A stretch of 64,000 nt of DNA from assembly GCA_023485845.1 (NCBI GenBank), contig JAMCZE010000001.1, forward strand, positions 62,456-126,455, in the 5' to 3' direction. The DNA comes from Patescibacteria group bacterium. GTDB lineage: Bacteria; Patescibacteriota; Microgenomatia; JAMCZE01. The stretch's first letter is position 1. Each line of letters begins with the position of its first letter. This document shows, piece by piece, positions 39,059 to 48,352 of this stretch. The notes beneath the pieces were generated by a model that was given only the letters and a program-made list of their open reading frames with translations, was not told where the DNA came from and ran no database searches. A program made the translations under genes and the position numbers.

Positions 39059-40120
39059 ATGAAGATTCTTTGGTTCACGGATTTCTTCCCGGAAAGTGAT
39101 AAGGCGGAAATCACCGGCGGGGTGGAGGCCCGCTGTTTTTTTGTCCGGCGCCATTTGGAGGCCGCCGGCCATCAGGTGCAAATCATCGCCCGGCCGACCC
39201 ACGGTCAGGTTTGGAAACCGGCTTCATTTGGCTCAATGCCGGAACGGTTTCTCTTTACGATAAAATCCATCATTTGTGGGTTGCAGTCAGATTTCGATAT
39301 TGTTGAAGGAACAAACTTTGCCACCTATCCGGTGGCCTGGCTGGTCGGCGTTCTTAAGCACAAGCCGGTCGTCCTTTGGTATCCGGATGTTTTTCTGGGT
39401 TCTTGGATAAAGACCGTTGGCCCGGTAGGGACGATTGGCGGGCTAATTGAGTGGCTGGTTCTTCGCCTGCCTGTCAACCACTATCTGGCTATCAGCCAAT
39501 CAACGAAAGACAAGTTGGTTAAAGCCGGCGTTTTGGCAAAAAAGATCAGCGTGGTCGATTGCGGTGTTGAGCCAGCAGAATTTGTCGGCTTAAAGAAAAC
39601 AGTTAAAAAATTTGACGTTTGTGTCGTCTCCCGGCTGGTTGGCTATAAGCGGGTCGACGCGCTGGTGGCTGCCGCGCCGCCAGATTTAATAGTGGCAATT
39701 GTCGGCCAGGGACCGGAAAGGTCAAAGTTAGAGAAACTGGCGGTTGGGAAGAAAATAATTTTTTTTGGCCACGTGGCTTCGCATAAAAAAGTCTTGGAAA
39801 CCATCGCCTCTTCAAGGATTTTCTGTTTGTTGTCAACCACCGAGGGTTTTGGGATTGTGATTATTGAGGCGGCGGCGTTGGGGGTGCCGTTTGTCGCCCG
39901 GGACATTCCCGTGATTGCCGAAATCACCGCTAACGGCCGTGGGGGGCTGTTATTCCATGACGATGATCTGTCCAACCAGATCAACCGATTATTAACGGAC
40001 AAAAAACTTTATCAGCAGAAATGCCGGGAAGCAACGACCTTGGCTAAGAAATACACCTGGGAGAAAGCGGCGGCGGAAACAGAAAAGATTTATGCTAGAA
40101 TTTTAGAAAATGTCCACTAA
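39059..40120 (+). CDS. GT4 (GT-B fold) glycosyltransferase
   Basis: C-terminal TEGFGIVIIEAAALGVPFV Glycos_transf_1 motif. Confidence 0.75.
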   Translation: MKILWFTDFFPESDKAEITGGVEARCFFVRRHLEAAGHQVQIIARPTHGQVWKPASFGSMPERFLFTIKSIICGLQSDFDIVEGTNFATYPVAWLVGVLKHKPVVLWYPDVFLGSWIKTVGPVGTIGGLIEWLVLRLPVNHYLAISQSTKDKLVKAGVLAKKISVVDCGVEPAEFVGLKKTVKKFDVCVVSRLVGYKRVDALVAAAPPDLIVAIVGQGPERSKLEKLAVGKKIIFFGHVASHKKVLETIASSRIFCLLSTTEGFGIVIIEAAALGVPFVARDIPVIAEITANGRGGLLFHDDDLSNQINRLLTDKKLYQQKCREATTLAKKYTWEKAAAETEKIYARILENVH

Positions 40121-40439
40121 GACATTGGTCATCTTGTTAATGCTGTTCAACACCATGGGGACGGCAGTGGCCCAGGTTCTTCTGAAACTTGGCGTTAGTG
40201 ACCTTGCAAAAAGTTGGCCGTTCGTTTTGCTGGGAATCGCGATTTACGGCTTAGCAATGCTGGTTTGGTTATTTGTTCTAAGTAAAGCGGACTTATCTTT
40301 TGCCTACAGTCTGGTGGCGTTAACGTTTGTTTTCCTTCTAATTTTTTCCCGGTTGTTTCTGCATGAAACCCTGAGTGCTCTCCGGCTGTCTGGGGCAGCA
40401 TTAATTATCGTGGGAATTTTCCTTGTTGCCCGCTCGTAA
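40110..40439 (+). CDS. SMR/EamA-like 4-TM protein resembling ArnE/ArnF (undecaprenyl-phosphate-aminoarabinose flippase subunit)
   Basis: 109 aa, 4 TM. By my recollection it aligns with E. coli ArnE: ..AVAQVLLKLG.. and ..YGLAMLVWLFVLSKADLSFAYSLVALTFVFL..LHETLSALRLSGAALIIVGIFLV. Confidence 0.6.
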   Translation: MSTKTLVILLMLFNTMGTAVAQVLLKLGVSDLAKSWPFVLLGIAIYGLAMLVWLFVLSKADLSFAYSLVALTFVFLLIFSRLFLHETLSALRLSGAALIIVGIFLVARS

Positions 40440-40443
40440 TTAT

Positions 40444-41388
40444 ATGAAAACCTGCTTCCTTATTGATGATCCGTCGCCAGTCGGCGGAGGGCCGGAGCAC
40501 CTTCGGCGGGTGAGTGCCATTTTGCGCCAGAAATACGGCTGCGCTATTGATGTCGTCACTCCGCTGACAATGGACCAAAAATTTAATGTTCATGACTTTT
40601 GGCAGCGGGTGAAATTCACGTTCTGGGTTATGTGGTTTCTGTTTAACTCTGACTATGATGTTTATCATAGTCATGCGTTTTCCGCTGATGCTTTCCTGCC
40701 GGCCGTTAAACTGCGCGGCAAAAAATGCGGCATCACTGTCCATGGCCAAGGGCAAAGTTTAGTTGGCGGGGGAATCCTTAATCGAACCGGTTTGCCGCGA
40801 TTGCTGCGCTGGTTAGTTTTGCGCGTTTGGCCCTATGATTTTCGCCTGTCGGCGGCCACTTTGCCTGGGTTTGTGCGGGTTGGCAACGGGGTGGACTGGG
40901 AAGAATTTAAAAAAGTTAAAAGAAAAAGCGGCGGCCCGTTCACTGTCCTTTGCGTCAGTCGTCGGGATCCGGTTAAAGGAATTGACGTTTTAGAAAAAGC
41001 GGTCGGGAGTCTGCCGTGGGTGAAACTTAATTTAGTTTCCGGCCGGCGGCGCACCCTGGCCGACTTTTCCGCTGCTGATATTTATGTTCTTCCCTCACTG
41101 TCCGAGGGCTTGCCCATTGTTCTCCTGGAGGCGATGGCGGCCAAGCTGCCGGTTGTCGCTACCAATGTGGGTGACTGCCGGGAAATTGTGGAAGCGGCCA
41201 AGTGTGGGCTTATTGTCCCGCCGGGGGATTGTGCCCGGCTGGCCCAGGCAATTTGGCAGCTGAAGCAAGACAGAAATCGCGCTAAAATGGGGGAGCGAGG
41301 CTTTATTTATGTCCAAAAGAATTTTAGCTGGGACAAAGTGGCCGCTGCTTGTTATTCTGCTTATCGGGGGGCTGGCACTCTCCTATAA
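40444..41388 (+). CDS. GT4 (GT-B fold) glycosyltransferase
   Basis: ATG 40444 lies 5 nt after the upstream stop. C-terminal SEGLPIVLLEAMAAKLPVV. Confidence 0.75.
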   Translation: MKTCFLIDDPSPVGGGPEHLRRVSAILRQKYGCAIDVVTPLTMDQKFNVHDFWQRVKFTFWVMWFLFNSDYDVYHSHAFSADAFLPAVKLRGKKCGITVHGQGQSLVGGGILNRTGLPRLLRWLVLRVWPYDFRLSAATLPGFVRVGNGVDWEEFKKVKRKSGGPFTVLCVSRRDPVKGIDVLEKAVGSLPWVKLNLVSGRRRTLADFSAADIYVLPSLSEGLPIVLLEAMAAKLPVVATNVGDCREIVEAAKCGLIVPPGDCARLAQAIWQLKQDRNRAKMGERGFIYVQKNFSWDKVAAACYSAYRGAGTLL

Positions 41389-42598
41389 CCTTGACAAACC
41401 TTTTTGGGGTCACCATGACTGGAATGGAGTTTATTGGGGGACGGTGGCCCGTAATTTTGCCCGTTTTGGGCCAATTAATCTCCATTTTGCCCAGATTCTT
41501 TCCCCGGGCGACTATAATTTCCACTTTTTGCCGCTATTCACTTTGATCTGGTCGGCATTTTTTGGCGTGTTTGGGGTGGCCAATTGGGTGTCGCGCTTTA
41601 TGGCGGCGACGTTTTCCCTGGCGGCCGTTGCCGTTTTCTATCAATTGGCGCGGCGCTATTTTTCTCTCCGGGTGGCCGTGATGGGGGCAATCTTTTGGCT
41701 GGCCACTCCGATGTTTATTTATTTCGGCAAGATGCCGGTGCACGAAATCCCCCTAATGTTTTTTGTCCTGGCGGCACTTTATTTTTATCTAGGCGGCCGC
41801 GATCGGCTGATGTTTTTTTTCATCATTCTGGCAGAGCTGACCACTTGGCCGGGTTTCTTTTTAGTCCCGGCCATCACAATCCATTATTTTCTTTTCGGTC
41901 GTCATTCTGGCAAGCGCAGCGCGGCCAGAATCTTAATTTTGTTGTGGTTTGTTTCTTTCGTCCTTTTTGGCCTTCACCTAACCCACGACTATTTGGTCAC
42001 CGGCTCCTTTTTCGGCGGGGGACTGGCACAAATTTTTTTCCAGCGGGTTGGGGGCGTGCCGCTGGTTCCTTATCTGACTACCTTGGCGCACTGGGCCTGG
42101 ACGTATTACTCGTTTTTGATCCCATTGTCATTGGTTGGGTTGTTTTTAGTCAGGCGCCGAGATATTTTATTGCTGCTTCTAACCTACGCCCTTTTCTATC
42201 CAATTATTTTCCGTGATGCTGCATTTCGCCATGACTATCTCCTGATTTATTTCTGGCCGTTTCTGGCGCTGTCGTCAGCTCTAGCTGTCAATCGGCTATT
42301 TTCCAAAAAGCCTGTTCTAATTTTTTCGTTTCTAGCCATTGTCGTGGGCATGGTGGCTTTGCGTTTTCAATATATCCTGGCTTTGGAAAACAGTGATCTC
42401 TACCGGGATAGTGTGGTGTTTGGTCAATATATTCATGACCACACGGCTCCAGCGGACAGAATCCGGGTGGTCACGGCCGATCCAAATGTTCCTTGGGACG
42501 GCTGGTTTATTGGTTATTATGCCGATCGGCCAATTGTTTTCTCCGGCTTTAACAAAACGGCCACCTATTCCCCCGGCGGGAAAATGACGGTAGAATAG
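41309..42598 (+). CDS. GT-C glycosyltransferase-like polytopic membrane protein
   Basis: 429 aa, more than 10 TM. N-terminal region ..DKPFWGHHDWNGVYW... Start uncertain (80-nt overlap with upstream gene). Confidence 0.55.
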   Translation: MSKRILAGTKWPLLVILLIGGLALSYNLDKPFWGHHDWNGVYWGTVARNFARFGPINLHFAQILSPGDYNFHFLPLFTLIWSAFFGVFGVANWVSRFMAATFSLAAVAVFYQLARRYFSLRVAVMGAIFWLATPMFIYFGKMPVHEIPLMFFVLAALYFYLGGRDRLMFFFIILAELTTWPGFFLVPAITIHYFLFGRHSGKRSAARILILLWFVSFVLFGLHLTHDYLVTGSFFGGGLAQIFFQRVGGVPLVPYLTTLAHWAWTYYSFLIPLSLVGLFLVRRRDILLLLLTYALFYPIIFRDAAFRHDYLLIYFWPFLALSSALAVNRLFSKKPVLIFSFLAIVVGMVALRFQYILALENSDLYRDSVVFGQYIHDHTAPADRIRVVTADPNVPWDGWFIGYYADRPIVFSGFNKTATYSPGGKMTVE

Positions 42599-42606
42599 CA
42601 TTAACC

Positions 42607-43083
42607 ATGAAGTTGCTGGTTATCACAGAATTTAACCCGGAAAAGCTTGGGGGAGCAGAGATGCATGCCAGCCAAGTTTTAAAACGGATCAGGCCAAAGT
42701 TTTCCGCGGTTATTGTTCCCAAGATTTCCTACCCCTACGTCCCCAATTTTTCCTGGATTTTTTATATGCTTTTTGCCACACCGGTTATTTTCTGGGAGAC
42801 GATTCGATCTAAGCCGGATTTGCTTTGGGCCACCCTGGATTTTCCCCAGGCCCAGGTGGGAGCAGTTATTAAGGTGCTCACTAGTAAGCCGCTTTACGTC
42901 ACTTCGCAAAATCCCCTGTTGGGGGAGGAAGAGTTTGTTGGTTTGGGCGGGAAATTAGTCAAATATTTGGTTTCCTTTGCGTTTGCCCGGGCCGATGTGG
43001 TGGCCGCTGTCAGCACTTATTCCGCCAACCTGGCGAAAAAACTCGGGGCCAAAAAAGTGGTTATTATTCCCAACGGCGTATGA
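42607..43083 (+). CDS. GT4 N-terminal Rossmann-domain fragment, ends ..VVIIPNGV*
   Basis: Stops just after the IPNG motif that normally precedes the C-terminal domain. ATGA overlap with the next ORF. Confidence 0.55.
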   Translation: MKLLVITEFNPEKLGGAEMHASQVLKRIRPKFSAVIVPKISYPYVPNFSWIFYMLFATPVIFWETIRSKPDLLWATLDFPQAQVGAVIKVLTSKPLYVTSQNPLLGEEEFVGLGGKLVKYLVSFAFARADVVAAVSTYSANLAKKLGAKKVVIIPNGV

Positions 43084-43601
43084 TTAAAATCATTACCACT
43101 TCATCACTGATCCCGCGCAACGGCATTGACGTGCTAATTAACGCCTGTAAGCTATTAGCTATCAGCTATCAGCTCGTTATTGCTGGAGACGGGCCGGAGC
43201 GAGCAAAGTTGGAAAAGCTGGCTGCCGACATGCCGGTGAAGTTTCTTGGTCGTGTCCCCAATAATCTAGTCCCTAGTCTACTAGTCACTAGTCACTTATT
43301 TGTCCGTCCGTCCCGTTTTGAGGGCTTTGGCAGTTCATTTATTGAGGCAATGGCCGCCGGATTGCCGGTGATCGGCACGCCGGTCGGGGGAATCGTCGAT
43401 TTTCTTAAAGACGGCCAAACCGGGCTTTTGGTTCCGCCGGATGACCCACCGGCCCTGGCTGCCGCCATCACCCGGTTGACAAAGGACAAAAAGCTGGCCA
43501 AAAAACTGTCCGAAGACGGTCGGGAGCTGGTGGAGAAAAAATACCGCTGGGACAAAATCGCCGACCACGTCTATTTGGAAATGAAGAAGCTATGTGGTTA
43601 A
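43080..43601 (+). CDS. GT4 C-terminal (Glycos_transf_1) domain fragment
   Basis: ..SLIPRNGIDVLINA..VIAGDGPE..RFEGFGSSFIEAMAAGLPVIGT.. This is the C-terminal half of a GT4. Carries an (AGCTATC)n tract. Confidence 0.55.
   Translation: MIKIITTSSLIPRNGIDVLINACKLLAISYQLVIAGDGPERAKLEKLAADMPVKFLGRVPNNLVPSLLVTSHLFVRPSRFEGFGSSFIEAMAAGLPVIGTPVGGIVDFLKDGQTGLLVPPDDPPALAAAITRLTKDKKLAKKLSEDGRELVEKKYRWDKIADHVYLEMKKLCG
43150..43174. repeat. Imperfect heptanucleotide tract, same unit as 26526..26560 (AGCTATT AGCTATC AGCTATC AGCT)
   Basis: Read directly. Shares the exact 18-mer AGCTATCAGCTATCAGCT with the (ATCAGCT)5 locus. Confidence 0.8.
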
Positions 43602-45199
43602 GAATCCTGCTTGGTTTTCCCGCCGTCTATTTTTTGTCGGGCTTTCCGCTGGCCCGGTTGTTTTTGCCGCAAGAGAAAACCTTTTCCCTAAAATTATTAC
43701 TTACCTCTTTTGCCTTCAGCTGTTTTCTCACCTATCCGGCGGCCGTTTTAACCACAATGATCGAAGGCCAATCGGCCGCCGCCATCTACAGTGTTCATTT
43801 GCCACATTCTCTGCTGTCCCTGGCGATTATTAGCTTGCCGTTTTGGTTTCTTCTCTGGAAAAAGAGGCTCCCGCGTCTTCATCTGCCCAGTCTTCGTAAA
43901 GTTCATCTTTTATTGGCCCTATTCTTGATTCTTTATTCCCTATTCGTCTTTGTTAATCTGAACCGCGCCGATGTTCTGGGTGATGATTATGATCTGGGCT
44001 ACCAGGCCTACAATCTCCAGGATGGCATCCTTGATGCCCGCCGGGCTTACGTGATTTCCTTTAACACCCATCCGCCGCTAATGATGACCATAAAGCATTA
44101 TGGCATGCAGCTTTTCTATCCTTGGGGTCTTGACGGCCTTTCTGACTGGATGTTTCGGGGAGTGGAAGGCATGATGGGTCTGGGGGTGATCCTGACATCA
44201 TACTTACTGGTCCGGGACTTTTTTAGTGAGCGGACTGCACTATTAACAGCCGCCCTCCTGGCGGTGAATAATTATTTGATCTTTATGGGGCGGATTTTTC
44301 TCCGGGAAATATACCTCACGTTTTTTCTGGTTATCGCCCTCTATTTTTTCCTGCATAAGAGAGTGTTCTTAGCCGCGTTTTTTCTTGGTTGCGCGCTTCT
44401 TGTCAAAGCCTCCGCCGTCATCTTGTTGCCGGTTTTTATTCTCTGGTTGTTAAAGGAGAAGAGAGTTAAAGAATTGGCTGTGGTGTTCTCAACTTTAATC
44501 GCTGTTTATGCACCGGTGGTTGTTTATAACGTCGGGGCTTACCTGGTGACTGGACATATGGATGCCACCTTTTCCTGGCTGTTTCACTTGCCAAACCCTT
44601 TTTTAACCGGACAATCCGCAAATCCTTTGTTAACCAACCCATCGGCCATTATTTCCATTTTAACGGATTTGTACGGTTGGCCGGTGTTTGCCTTTTTCCT
44701 CCTCTGTTTGGTAATTTTCCTTTTTCAGCGTCGGCACCAATATCTGCTGGTCTGGTTGGTGTCGTCCTTAATTTTCTTTTGTCTTGGCCCGCTGCGGGAA
44801 TATTACCTTTTGCCGTTGACAATCCCCCTGGTTATTATTTTGGCCGATGTTTTTAAAAAATTGCCGATTTTGATTGTTTCCATCTTAATTTTTTCGGCCG
44901 TTTATTCATTTAGCTCCGATTCCGCTATCGTCCGAGCATACAGTGCAGATCGGGGATGGAAAAATCTTAGCGCAAATCTATCAAAAGTCTATCTGCCAGG
45001 TGATTGTCTAATTGCTGGCCAGGGAGTCTCCGACTTGCCATTGCGTCGCTACCTGAAAACCGACGATGGTGTTAAGACCTATCTTCTCGGTCCAAATTAC
45101 CCTCACTATTACAAGATGTGCACGGAAGTTAAAGATCCAGAAAGAGAAATTGTGATTACTTATAATAATATTGGTAAAGTGACTTATGAAGTTTATTAA
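43592..45199 (+). CDS. GT-C glycosyltransferase, ArnT/PMT-like
   Basis: LGDDYDLGYQAYNL DD-type loop motif. 535 aa polytopic. Confidence 0.65.
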   Translation: MWLRILLGFPAVYFLSGFPLARLFLPQEKTFSLKLLLTSFAFSCFLTYPAAVLTTMIEGQSAAAIYSVHLPHSLLSLAIISLPFWFLLWKKRLPRLHLPSLRKVHLLLALFLILYSLFVFVNLNRADVLGDDYDLGYQAYNLQDGILDARRAYVISFNTHPPLMMTIKHYGMQLFYPWGLDGLSDWMFRGVEGMMGLGVILTSYLLVRDFFSERTALLTAALLAVNNYLIFMGRIFLREIYLTFFLVIALYFFLHKRVFLAAFFLGCALLVKASAVILLPVFILWLLKEKRVKELAVVFSTLIAVYAPVVVYNVGAYLVTGHMDATFSWLFHLPNPFLTGQSANPLLTNPSAIISILTDLYGWPVFAFFLLCLVIFLFQRRHQYLLVWLVSSLIFFCLGPLREYYLLPLTIPLVIILADVFKKLPILIVSILIFSAVYSFSSDSAIVRAYSADRGWKNLSANLSKVYLPGDCLIAGQGVSDLPLRRYLKTDDGVKTYLLGPNYPHYYKMCTEVKDPEREIVITYNNIGKVTYEVY

Positions 45200-46283
45200 T
45201 TTTCTTATTGATTTGGTTGTAGTCAGCCTATTCTTGTTTAATATCATCCCTCAGAAATATCATGTCATGGGCTTCTCTTTCCATAATGGTGGCGATGATG
45301 TCACTTACTTCAAGTTAGCCCAGAGCTTTGCCCAAGGAAATCCTTTTGGATGCGGCTGTTCAATCGGATATTCATTGACTTTAGCCCCGATTTTAAAATT
45401 GATGCCAAACATGTCTCACGATGATTTTCTTGTTGCAGTTTCGTTTATCACTTCAATAGGGCTCTTCCCACTCGGACAGATACTCCTATTCGAAATAAGT
45501 AAAAAAATGACCGGGTCAACTGAAACTGGGTCAGTAGTGGTGTTATTTTGGACGCTGTTGCCAATCGTCACCTTCTTGTTGTTAAAATTTATTATCCACG
45601 ATCCTAATGCTGGAGATATTTCGTCACATCTAATCTGGGCCCAAATGCTGACCGAGGGAATAACAACGATGGTTTCGCTTCTGGCATTAAATTTATTTTT
45701 AGATTTGCATAAAAAGCAAACCATCTCAAACATTATCCTGTTTGGAGCAATGTCTGGTTATATATTTCTCCTAAGAATAACTGGTGTTGTGGCAATTGTG
45801 GTGTTTGCTTTAATTTTTATTAAAAGCAAAAAATGGAAACAACTATTAATCTTTCTCACTTCTGCTTTTGTAATTGTGCTTCCCCAGTTGATCTATAATT
45901 ACACATTTTTTGGATCTCCACTTACTAGCGGATATGTAGTTAATAATCGTCTCGAGAGTGGCCTTTTTAGCGCGAAATATTTACTTGATGCTCTTATTAA
46001 AACTTGGACAAGGTTTGGTCCACTGGTGTTAGTAGTGATACCAATTACAGTAATGATTTTTTGGTCAAGCCTTATAAAATTAAAACGTTACTGCCAGGAC
46101 GGCGCTCTGGTAATTTTTCTCTGGACGATCGGGACAGTGGCAATATACTCCCTGTACTATTATACTTATACTGGTGACTACGTTCGGTTCATGATCCCAA
46201 TTCTGCCATTCCTGAGCCTAATTTTTATTTCCGGAATACCTTATGAGAATATTATCAATCGGCTTAGATCGCGCGCTATTTGA
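45186..46283 (+). CDS. GT-C-like polytopic membrane protein
   Basis: HNGGDDVTYFKLAQSF DD motif after TM1. 365 aa. AT-richer than upstream genes. Confidence 0.5.
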   Translation: MKFINFLIDLVVVSLFLFNIIPQKYHVMGFSFHNGGDDVTYFKLAQSFAQGNPFGCGCSIGYSLTLAPILKLMPNMSHDDFLVAVSFITSIGLFPLGQILLFEISKKMTGSTETGSVVVLFWTLLPIVTFLLLKFIIHDPNAGDISSHLIWAQMLTEGITTMVSLLALNLFLDLHKKQTISNIILFGAMSGYIFLLRITGVVAIVVFALIFIKSKKWKQLLIFLTSAFVIVLPQLIYNYTFFGSPLTSGYVVNNRLESGLFSAKYLLDALIKTWTRFGPLVLVVIPITVMIFWSSLIKLKRYCQDGALVIFLWTIGTVAIYSLYYYTYTGDYVRFMIPILPFLSLIFISGIPYENIINRLRSRAI

Positions 46284-47265
46284 TCAGGAATCAGACACTT
46301 TCTGGCGAGTGTCCACCTATGCTTCGTGGTTTGTGAACTACACGGTAATTGTGACCACACTAAAAAGTGAAAAGAGAAAGGAATTCTCGCAAAAAAGCCT
46401 CCGGGTCATTCCGACAAATAGCACAATTAGACTTCTTTATCCATTAGATGTTTTGCGCATTGCCTGGCAAAATCGAAAAGAAAGTTTTGACCTGGTTACC
46501 GTCCAGGACCCCTTTATCTGCGCTATTGCCGGGGTCCTCGTTAAATTTTTACTTCACATTCCGCTTAATATCCAAGTCCACAGTGAGTTTTTCAACAGCA
46601 AATATTTTAGGGAAGAAAGTAAATTTAATCGTATTCTTTACTATATTGGCTTGGCCACCACCCATTTTGCGGACACAATCCGCGCCCGGAACCGTCGAAT
46701 CGCCGCCTATTTCAAGAACAGGAAAACTTTTTATGTGGCGGCGCCGATCAATCCAATCTATCTCCGGCCGCTTTCCCGAGCCAAGCGTGATAAAAATCTG
46801 ATCATTTCCGTCGGCCGCGATGTTCCCCAGAAAAATTTCGCTCTGCTTCGGGAAGCCGTCGGGATGGTTAAGAAAAAGTTCCCCGGTGTGCGTTTAGAAA
46901 TTGTCACTGGCGGAAAGTCCTCGGCGGAATTAAAAAGGCTATATGAGCACGCTGGTGTTTTTATTCTGTCCAGCAACCATGAGGGTTGGGGATTGGTGGT
47001 TCTCGAAGCCCTGGCCCGTGGCTGCCCGGTGGTGATGACGGACACCGGCTGTGCTAGGGAAATAGTGATTGATGGCCGGACTGGCTACGTAGCCCCAGTT
47101 GGCAATGCCAGAGCATTGGCTCAGAAAATTATTTTGACGTTAGGAGATTATCAGCACTCGCTGGCGATGGCTAAAGATGGTCGCAATCTGGTGACAAAAG
47201 ATTGTTCTTTTAAAACTATAAAAAAACAGACGGTTTTAATGTATGAAGCTACTCTACATCACTAA
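46243..47265 (+). CDS. GT4 (GT-B fold) glycosyltransferase
   Basis: C-terminal NHEGWGLVVLEALARGCPVV. Confidence 0.8.
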   Translation: MRILSIGLDRALFDQESDTFWRVSTYASWFVNYTVIVTTLKSEKRKEFSQKSLRVIPTNSTIRLLYPLDVLRIAWQNRKESFDLVTVQDPFICAIAGVLVKFLLHIPLNIQVHSEFFNSKYFREESKFNRILYYIGLATTHFADTIRARNRRIAAYFKNRKTFYVAAPINPIYLRPLSRAKRDKNLIISVGRDVPQKNFALLREAVGMVKKKFPGVRLEIVTGGKSSAELKRLYEHAGVFILSSNHEGWGLVVLEALARGCPVVMTDTGCAREIVIDGRTGYVAPVGNARALAQKIILTLGDYQHSLAMAKDGRNLVTKDCSFKTIKKQTVLMYEATLHH

Positions 47266-48352
47266 TTCTCGCTTGCCAACAAGCAAAGCCCACGGTGTTC
47301 AGATTGCCAAAATGTGTGAGGCACTGATTGAAAATGGAATCAATTTGCAGTTGATAATTCCCAGGAGGAATAATTCGATTAAAGAGACAATTGAGCAGTA
47401 CTATGATCTGCGAGTAAAAATTTCATTCAGAAAACTTTTGGTAATTGACCTTTTCCCAAAATTTGACTCTTTTGCTTTTGTAGTCGAATCATTAACATTT
47501 TACTTGGGTGTTTTGTTAATCACCCTTGTCGATCAAAAGACGAAGGTTTTCACTAGGGATAGCTACTCTCCTTTGTTCTGTTTTTTTAAGGGGCGTGTTA
47601 CCTGGGAAGTCCATGAATTGCCAAAGACAATTTTTGGTAATATTCTGACAACTTTTCTAATAAGAAAATGTCAATTGATCGTTGCACCCAACAAAGCAGT
47701 GGCGCAATTTTGCTTATCCCGTGGCGTTTCTAAAGATAGAGTAGTCTATCTTCCTAACGGCGTGGATCTGAAAGCATTTTCCATTCCCTTGTTGACGAAT
47801 AAGGCCCGGCAATTGTTAGATCTACCCCCAAAATACTTCCTAGTTGGTTATATGGGTTCACTATATCAAAGAAAAGGTGTTGACATCCTGATCAAGTCGG
47901 CTGCGTTGTTGCCGGCTGGTTTTAAAATAGTGATTTTTGGTGGCCCAGACAACGAATTTAGAAGAATTAAGGATTTAATTTACAAGCTTGGTGTTAATAA
48001 AAGAGTTCTTATCTTCTCGGCGATTCCCTATAAACAAGTGCCGATAGCACTTCGAGCAATGAATGTCCTTGTTATTCCCAATAGTGCTAAGGAGCGTCTC
48101 TCCAGTGATGAAACCTCTCCGCTAAAATTCCGGGAATATTTGGCATCAAAAAAGCCGGTTGTTGCCTCAGATGTCCCTAGCCTTCGCGAACTGAATCCTA
48201 TGACCGGACAAGTTCGCTATTTCCTTTCTGATGATCCAAAATCCTTATCGCAGGCAATATTGGCAGCCACAAAGATGCACAAAGTGTTTGAAATTGATAA
48301 AAATATCTCTGTTAAGGAAAGGGCAAGAAAACTTATTCTTAAACTAAGATGA
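47243..48352 (+). CDS. GT4 (GT-B fold) glycosyltransferase
   Basis: LVGYMGSLYQRKGVD and a C-terminal E-x7-E-like region. Confidence 0.7.
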   Translation: MKLLYITNSRLPTSKAHGVQIAKMCEALIENGINLQLIIPRRNNSIKETIEQYYDLRVKISFRKLLVIDLFPKFDSFAFVVESLTFYLGVLLITLVDQKTKVFTRDSYSPLFCFFKGRVTWEVHELPKTIFGNILTTFLIRKCQLIVAPNKAVAQFCLSRGVSKDRVVYLPNGVDLKAFSIPLLTNKARQLLDLPPKYFLVGYMGSLYQRKGVDILIKSAALLPAGFKIVIFGGPDNEFRRIKDLIYKLGVNKRVLIFSAIPYKQVPIALRAMNVLVIPNSAKERLSSDETSPLKFREYLASKKPVVASDVPSLRELNPMTGQVRYFLSDDPKSLSQAILAATKMHKVFEIDKNISVKERARKLILKLR

